A stretch of DNA of 63,980 nt, the filler included, from Thraustochytrium aureum (taxonomy: Eukaryota), in assembly GCA_012862495.1 (NCBI GenBank). It is 5 parts of 5 records of this genome, joined end to end, with 100 filler letters (N's around TTAATTAATTAA, not from the genome) between each part and the next. Parts side by side here need not be neighbours in the genome. Positions count along the whole stretch, not along the records: positions 52,117 to 59,192 come from BLSG01000074.1; positions 59,293 to 62,832 come from BLSG01000080.1; positions 62,933 to 63,980 come from BLSG01000115.1; 2 more parts are not named here. The stretch is one strand, 5' to 3'. The translations under genes and the position numbers were made by a program. This document shows positions 57,849 through 63,980 of this stretch, piece by piece. The first letter of the stretch is position 1. The number at the start of each line of letters is the position of its first letter. The notes under the pieces are model-generated. The model saw nothing but the letters and a program-made list of their open reading frames with translations, was not told the origin of the DNA and did no database searches.

Positions 57849-58238
57849 ATGCGGCGCAGCCACTACGAGGTGCTGGGCGTGTCGCGCGTGGCGGACGCGG
57901 AGGAGATCAAGGCGGCCTACCTCCGCGCCGTGAAAATCTATCACCCAGNNNNNNNNNNNNNNNNNNNNNNNNNNNNNNNNNNNNNNNNNNNNNNNNNNNN
58001 NNNNNNNNNNNNNNNNNNNNNNNNNNNNNNNNNNNNNNNNNNNNNNNNNNNNNNNNNNNNNNNNNNNNNNNNNNNNNNNNNNNNNNNNNNNNNNNNNNNN
58101 NNNNNNNNNNNNNNNNNNNNNNNNNNNNNNNNNNNNNNNNNNNNNNNNNNNNNNNNCAGACCGCGTTGCATGTGCCGCGCTGTGCAGGCCGCGTTCAAGG
58201 ACCTGGTCGCGCCCGTGTATCTAGAGATAATATGTTGA
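57849..58238 (+). CDS. Small DnaJ-domain protein, middle in gap; end uncertain
   Basis: SHYEVLGVSRVADAEEIKAAYLRAVKIYHP(D). Confidence 0.8.
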   Translation: MRRSHYEVLGVSRVADAEEIKAAYLRAVKIYHPXXXXXXXXXXXXXXXXXXXXXXXXXXXXXXXXXXXXXXXXXXXXXXXXXXXXXXXXXXXXXXXXXXXXXXRPRCMCRAVQAAFKDLVAPVYLEIIC

Positions 58239-58359
58239 GTTACCCAACTGCGAGCTAGCTCGAGGCGCGCTCGCACGAGCAAGCTCGTCCGACCACCCTC
58301 CCCCCGCCGAGCGTCGGCTCCAGCTCGCTCGCGACCAAGACTCGCTCGGCCGCTTGAGA

Positions 58360-59192
58360 CTAGCTTGAGTCCGCAGCAAGCCTTTGCCGCTTGCTCGGCC
58401 GCGGCGGCGCAGCCTTCAGCGCGAGTGCAGCGTCTGCCCCCGCAGATGTCGAGGCTCTTGCGCCCGACTGCGATCCGCGGAACGCCGAGGACGGGTCTGG
58501 CGAGAGGTCGATCGCCATAAAGGTGATGTTGTCCTCCGTTTTGCGTTCGAGGGCCAAGCGATTGATCGCCTTGGTAGCCTCTTTGACGCCAAGCTCAACG
58601 ATCATGGCGCCAGCTTCTTCGTTCTTCACTTCGTCCCAGACTCCGTCAGAGGCAATGCAGAGGAAGGCGGTGTCTGGCGTGAGATCAACCCGCATGATTT
58701 CCGGCGTCCCGGATACGAACGGCTTGAGCGAAGCGTCCCCAATTGCACGAGTTATCGCAAGCACGCCCTGCGCAATCAGCCTCGACGAGTTAGAGGTCGA
58801 ACGGGACGCGGAGGAATTGCTCGCCAGCCTCAACTCACCTGCACACGCTTAATCCCGTCGCTATAGAATATGCCGCCCCCGAGCTTTTCAATCCGCCTCA
58901 CCTCGTCCTCAACCTCGCAAGAATGGTCGCACGTAAGCTGCAAAATGGACCCGTCCTTGTACACGAGCACACAGCGGGAATCGCCGACGTGTGCGACCCA
59001 CAACTGCTTGCCGTGCTCGATTACTGCCACCGTTGCGGTGGTCCCATCTGGCAACTTGCTGCCCATGTCGCAGATGAACCTATCACAATCTTCAAAGCCC
59101 TTTGTGAGCGCAGCGCCCATCTCCTCCGGGAACTCGGGCCGGTCCCGAATGAACGAGAACATCTCCTGCTGACAAAACATGCTGCTCAGCGG
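58360..59192 (-). CDS. PP2C (PPM) phosphatase, 5'-truncated, one intron
   Basis: DGTTATVA, AHVGDSRCVL, LTCDH, RVQ|GVLAITRAIGD, ASDGVWD, EDNIT. Confidence 0.93.
58768..58838 (-). other. Spliceosomal intron (71 nt) in PP2C
   Basis: CAG|GTGAGT ... CTAAC branch ... GCAG|GGC; splicing restores the conserved RVQGVLAITRAIGD. Confidence 0.9.
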
Positions 59193-59236
59193 NNNNNNNN
59201 NNNNNNNNNNNNNNNNNNNNNNNNNNNNNNNNNNNN

Positions 59237-59248
59237 TTAATTAATTAA
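59237..59248. other. Artificial scaffold-join linker
   Basis: TTAATTAATTAA within 44N/44N. Confidence 0.95.
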
Positions 59249-59292
59249 NNNNNNNNNNNNNNNNNNNNNNNNNNNNNNNNNNNNNNNNNNNN

Positions 59293-59355
<63 letters not shown>
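59293..59355. repeat. (CAG)21 trinucleotide repeat at scaffold edge (probably longer)
   Basis: Direct reading. Confidence 0.95.
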
Positions 59356-59356
<1 letters not shown>

Positions 59357-59792
59357 TGCCGGTGGCGTTGCGCGCCGATGGCCAGCAGCGACCTCGCCTG
59401 TTCCTAGTCTGCAGCTCCAGCGTTCGTCACAAAACCGGAAACGCGCTCAGCAAAGATCCAACCAGAGGCCCTTCCTTACTGGCGGCAGCGAGCGCGTCTG
59501 CGGACTTTAGGTTAGGTTGACCGCGGGTTGTCGCCTTGTGTGGCGCCGTTAGCAGCAGCGCAGGCCAGGGCAGGAAGCAGGCTGCCAGAGCCGCATCGAG
59601 CTCGCGGCGGGGCGAGCGAGCGCGCGCGGAGCGGAGGGACGCGGGGCGGCCAGGAGGCACGGCGGCGTACTCGGCTGGGTCGGCCGGCTTGCGGGCGCTG
59701 GCGTTTGGAGGCAGCAAACACGGACGGAAGGCAGGCAGGCGCGGCAGGCAGCCAGGCGCGGAAGGCAGGTCGTGCGGACGCGCGAAGACGCG

Positions 59793-62700
59793 ATGGGCCG
59801 CGGGACTGCCAAGGTGGAGCGCAAGGTGGCTGATGATGAACCGTCTGACGTAGAAGAAGAAGAAGAGGAGGAGGAGGAGGAGACGTTGGATATTCCCATC
59901 CTGAGCGAGCACGGGGAGGAGACGAATGAAGTCATCTCGATCCCTTTGAACGATCTGCCCAAGGCCGAAGATATCCTGGGCATCCTGCGGTTCGAGCGCG
60001 CCGAGCTGCACCGGTGGCTGACGTTTGCGGTAGAGTACTACAGGCAGGGACGAATTGAGGAGTTTGAGGAAATCCTGACCCAAGGCTGCTCGAAAGAGGT
60101 GGAAGAGCACTTTCAGCACGACCGGGACGGGCGGCTCAAGATGCTGAATGCCCTGGCGGCGTACAAAATCTCACAAGAGCAAGCAAGCGGCAAAGGATCC
60201 TCTGAGGCGCTCCTCGCTGAGGCCGTGGAGCTGATGAACCGCGCCGACATGTTGGACGACCGGAGCGGCATGACCTGGGTGAACAGGGGCGTGCTCTCCC
60301 TTGTCCGCGGTCTGGACGACAGTGCGCTGCAAAACTTTGACAGTGCGCTACAGTTCGACCCGCGCAACCTGCTTGCTAAACTGGGTAAAGGCGTGATGCT
60401 GTTCAAGAAGCGGCAGTTCAAGGAGGCGCGAGACCAGTTCAAGCGCGCGATCCGCGACCACCCAGGCTGCGGCGCGAGCGTGCGCGTCAATCTTGGCCTG
60501 TGCTACTATGAACTCGGCATCGAGTCGCGCGCGGTCGAGTGCTTTGAGCGAGCGCTCGAAATGGACGAAGACGAAGTGAACGCGCACGTTGCGCTTGCGG
60601 TGATCGAGCTGGGGCGAGCCCAGGAGAACAACTTTGACCTTCAGCTTTCGCAACGTGCTATGCAGCGGCTGCGACGCGCGTACGAGCTGCAGCCAACCGA
60701 CTCGATGGTGCTCAACCACATGGCCAACCACTTTTTCTTTCGAAAGGGGCAGCAAGACCGCGACTACTCGCGCATCGAGAGCTTGGCGCGCAAAGCGTAC
60801 AAAAGCACGCATCTGGACCCAGTCAAGGCCGAGTCGGCGTACATCCTCGGTCGCAACTTTCACGAGCAGGGAGAGATGGACTCGGCCAACCAATTCTACG
60901 AGCGCGCGCTGGAGCACTGGCCCGGGTTCACGCTGGCGCAGTTCGCCAAGGCGCAGATGCTGCTCGTGAAGAGCGAGCGGCCGCTTGCTGGAAGCAGCAA
61001 GAACAAGGACAAAGAGCGCTCGCGCAAGTCGCGCGTGGAGCAGACGCGCAGCAAGGCGGTGGCGATGCTGGAGAAGATCTTGCGCGACGGGGAGCACAAG
61101 GGCGACCGCGACACGAGCATGTTCGCCGCGTGGCTTCACGTGCGCATGAACCGGCGGACGATGGCGATGCAGCTGCTCAAGGATGTGACGAGCAACAATC
61201 CAGACGACACGGAGGCCTGGGTTGAGCAGGCGAGGGTGCTCCAGAAAGAGAAAGCGCTGACGAAGAAACAAAAGCAGCACGCGTTGCGGGCGTACAAGAA
61301 GGCGGCGGCGGGCATGCACCCTGTGCCCCCTTATGTCTTCACCAACGTGGGCGAGCTCAAGTTTAGCCTCGGGGACGTTCGCGGGGCGCTCGAGACGTTT
61401 CGGGCGGGACTCGCTCAGGACGGGGGCGCCGNNNNNNNNNNNNNNNNNNNNNNNNNNNNNNNNNNNNNNNNNNNNNNNNNNNNNNNNNNNNNNNNNNNNN
61501 NNNNNNNNNNNNNNNNNNNNNNNNNNNNNNNNNNNNNNNNNNNNNNNNNNNNNNNNNNNNNNNNNNNNNNNNNNNNNNNNNNNNNNNNNNNNNNNNNNNN
61601 NNNNNNNNNNNNNNNNNNNNNNNNNNNNNNNNNNNNTACTCTGAGCCGTTGTTGCGGCTCGGCACGATCGCCGAGAACCACGGCGAGAGCGCGCGGGCCG
61701 AGGCGTTTTACAAGAGAGCCGCGACGGAGACCAAGACGAGCGCCGAGGACGGCTGGGTCATGCTGGGCCTCCTGGCGCTGAAGCGCGGGGACACCAAGCA
61801 GGCCAAGGAACACTTTACGCAGGTGTTCAAGGGCGACAAGGACCGCGTGGACCAGTACTCGAAGCTTGCGCTGGCCAACCTTGCGTTCGACTCTGTGCGG
61901 CTCGTGAAAAAGACCAAGCCAGAGGATTTCAAGCGCGGACTGGACTACGCGCGCGGGTGGTACCTGCGGATTTTGGAGCGCAACAGCGGGAGCATCTACG
62001 CCGCGAACGGGCTCGCAAACGTGCTGGCGATGAACGAGTACCTCGCAGAGGCCAAGCAGATCTACGAGCGTCTCCGCGAGCCTGACGACGCAGCCAATCC
62101 TTCGGTCTGGATCAACCTCGCCCACGTGGCCATGGAGGAGGAGCGCTTCGACGCGGCCGTCTCGCTGTACCAGCAGTGCATCAAGCGCTTTGCCATGCAG
62201 CAGGACGTTGACGTGCTGTTGTACCTGGCGAGCGCGCTCATGTGCACCAAAAAGTTTGCAGAGGCCAAGTCGATATTGCTGCGCGCGGTGCGCGTGGACC
62301 CCTCGGACCTGCGCCTGCGGTTCAACTTGGCCACACTGTTGCTCAGGCACGGCGTTGATGCATGCGACAGCGCGGACCGCACGCTGCAGGACGTCCTAAA
62401 GGCGCGCGCCGGGTTTGCGGACGCTCGCAACCTCTTTGAGTGGCTGGCCCGGACCTCGCCGCGGACGGCAGGCGCTGGCGACGGCGGCGCGCAGGGCGCG
62501 AGCGCAGAGTCGGCCGGGCACAATGGCGCGGGCAAGAGAGGCAAGTTGCGTCGTCTGCAGGAGCCGAGCTCGCCGCGCGGCGAGCCCCCGGCCGCGAACA
62601 AGGGCTACTTTGAGCAGCTGCAAAAGGCCCGCGAAGCCAAAAAGGCCGGCGCGTCTGGCGGCGCGGCCGCAGCGAGCGCGTCTTCGACAAGTGCGGGTGC

Positions 62701-62832
62701 GGGTGCAGCGGGCGGCGAGGAGGAGGTTTTGATCGACTCGCGGCGGCCGCTATCGAAGCGCGCACCGAAGAGCGACGCCTTCAAGCACGCTGGGGCGGCG
62801 CAAAAGCTGCTGGGCGAGAGCGACACCGTGCT
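59793..62832 (+). CDS. CTR9: RNA polymerase-associated protein CTR9 (Paf1 complex, TPR), partial; gap 61432-61636; 3' cut by scaffold join
   Basis: LDIPI..EVISIPLNDLP..EDILGILRFERAELHRWLTFAVEYYRQG; VLNHMANHFFF; DQYSKLALAN; IYAANGLA; VWINLAH; LRFNLA. Confidence 0.92.
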
Positions 62833-62876
62833 NNNNNNNNNNNNNNNNNNNNNNNNNNNNNNNNNNNNNNNNNNNN

Positions 62877-62888
62877 TTAATTAATTAA
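62877..62888. other. Artificial scaffold-join linker
   Basis: TTAATTAATTAA within 44N/44N. Confidence 0.95.
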
Positions 62889-62932
62889 NNNNNNNNNNNN
62901 NNNNNNNNNNNNNNNNNNNNNNNNNNNNNNNN

Positions 62933-63980
62933 GGCTTTGCCATCGACGAGGAGAATTGTGTCGTCACGCTCATGGACGCGGATGCGCTCTGCCATCGGCG
63001 GTTTCTGGGCAACCTTTCGCGTCAGTTTGAGAGCAGTCTTGGCGAGATGCGACACTGCAAGTTCTGGCAGTGCCCCGTGGCGTTCTACCAGAACCTGGAC
63101 GAGGTCGACTTTGTCAACCGCGCTTCGACCATCATCTTTGCCTTCAACGAGCTTGCCAACGCCGGCGGCTTTGTGGACTTGGGCCTCATGGGGTACAATC
63201 CGCGAGTCCCCGTCAACACGTACTCGATGTCGTGGCGCTTGTTTGCGCTCATCGACGGCGGCGACGCGTTCGTGGTGGCCGACGAGTCGCACAACTTGTT
63301 CAAGGCGCACTACCTGACCAAGGGTCTGGCGCACGTCGAGCCCATCTTTGTGCCCATCAGCGTCTACTCTGTGACGAGCGACACGTTCTTGGAAGGCTTC
63401 GCTTCCCGGTTTACCCAGATCAAGCGCTGGATGTTTGGCAACGCGTGGGAGTTTGCAAATTGGAGCGCGCGGTATATGAGCTGTGGGTCGTCGCGCGCCT
63501 GGTACGGTCTCGGCGTGCTTGACGTGGCCCCGGTCCTGTGGCGCCTGTTTGTGTTTTCGTCGATCAACCTCGTGCAGCCGCTCTTCTTTTGCCTCTACGG
63601 GCTCTCGTGGCTGTTTTACTTGCGGTCGCCGTACTTTCAGAGTCTGGCGACGGTATTTGTGGTAAGTCTTGTCTTGGGACGTCGGGGCCGGCCAGTACGA
63701 CAGGCTCCTGACTCTGTTTGCGCGCTATCAGTCGATCATCATGACGACGTTCATGATCATCAACGTTTCCATCTTTAGCATGCACTGGAAGCTGGTCGCC
63801 TGCCTGGACATCAAGGACGTTCGCGCGTGGCCGTTGTGGAAAAAGGTGCTGATCAGCTTGTGGGACGCCATTATCGGGGTCGGGGCGGCGACGGTATTCT
63901 ACGTCTACGCGTGCGGGCTGGCGGCCGACTTTCAGCTGCTGTGGTCCGGGTCGCTGGTGTGGGGCACCGAGGGACGTGCC
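62933..63980 (+). CDS. Membrane-embedded GT2-like glycosyltransferase (D-x-D...QxxRW), partial; frameshift near 63675
   Basis: VVTLMDAD, VVADESH, TQIKRWMFG followed by several TM helices. Confidence 0.75.

Noticed and set aside
328..63980. Many frameshifts as pseudogenes or programmed frameshifting
   Set aside because: They hit essential conserved genes, mostly at short homopolymers and in both directions, with no other decay; this pattern is typical of pyrosequencing-type errors

Overview
GC-rich, gene-dense, intron-poor EUKARYOTIC draft assembly. GT-AG introns, CTR9, DNAAF5, PRORP and a HECT E3 point to a flagellated protist; a stramenopile such as a thraustochytrid is my inference and is not provable here. 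The window is a pseudomolecule: four artificial 100-nt joins (44N-TTAATTAATTAA-44N) split it into five independent pieces. Many N gaps and homopolymer-type frameshifts break otherwise intact genes. About 24 protein genes are supported: CFDP1/BCNT, a ~13-kb giant ankyrin/UBR/HECT E3 ligase, a degenerate Fe-ADH, an LRR protein, a Cys-rich type I membrane protein, a TBC-like protein, PPTC7, an EF-hand protein, DNAAF5, PRORP, a possible FANCA-like solenoid, an ABCB/P-glycoprotein, a bZIP factor with a START-like domain, a coiled-coil protein, a PhyH dioxygenase, a GH13 glucosidase, a TSNAXIP1-like EF-hand protein, a peroxisomal-type SLC25 carrier, a DnaJ protein, a PP2C, CTR9 and a GT2 membrane synthase. 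I found no supportable RNA genes, CRISPR arrays or mobile elements. The best novelty candidate is a degenerate PIMT/PCMT-like (isoaspartyl methyltransferase fold) domain inside the giant HECT ligase, which could be a single-chain damaged-protein recognition and ubiquitylation system. Other candidates are the bZIP-START fusion, PRORP with possible dual mitochondrial/nuclear start codons, the remote FANCA-like protein and an 8-Cys extracellular insert in the ABCB transporter. All family calls are by-eye motif recognition; no searches were run.
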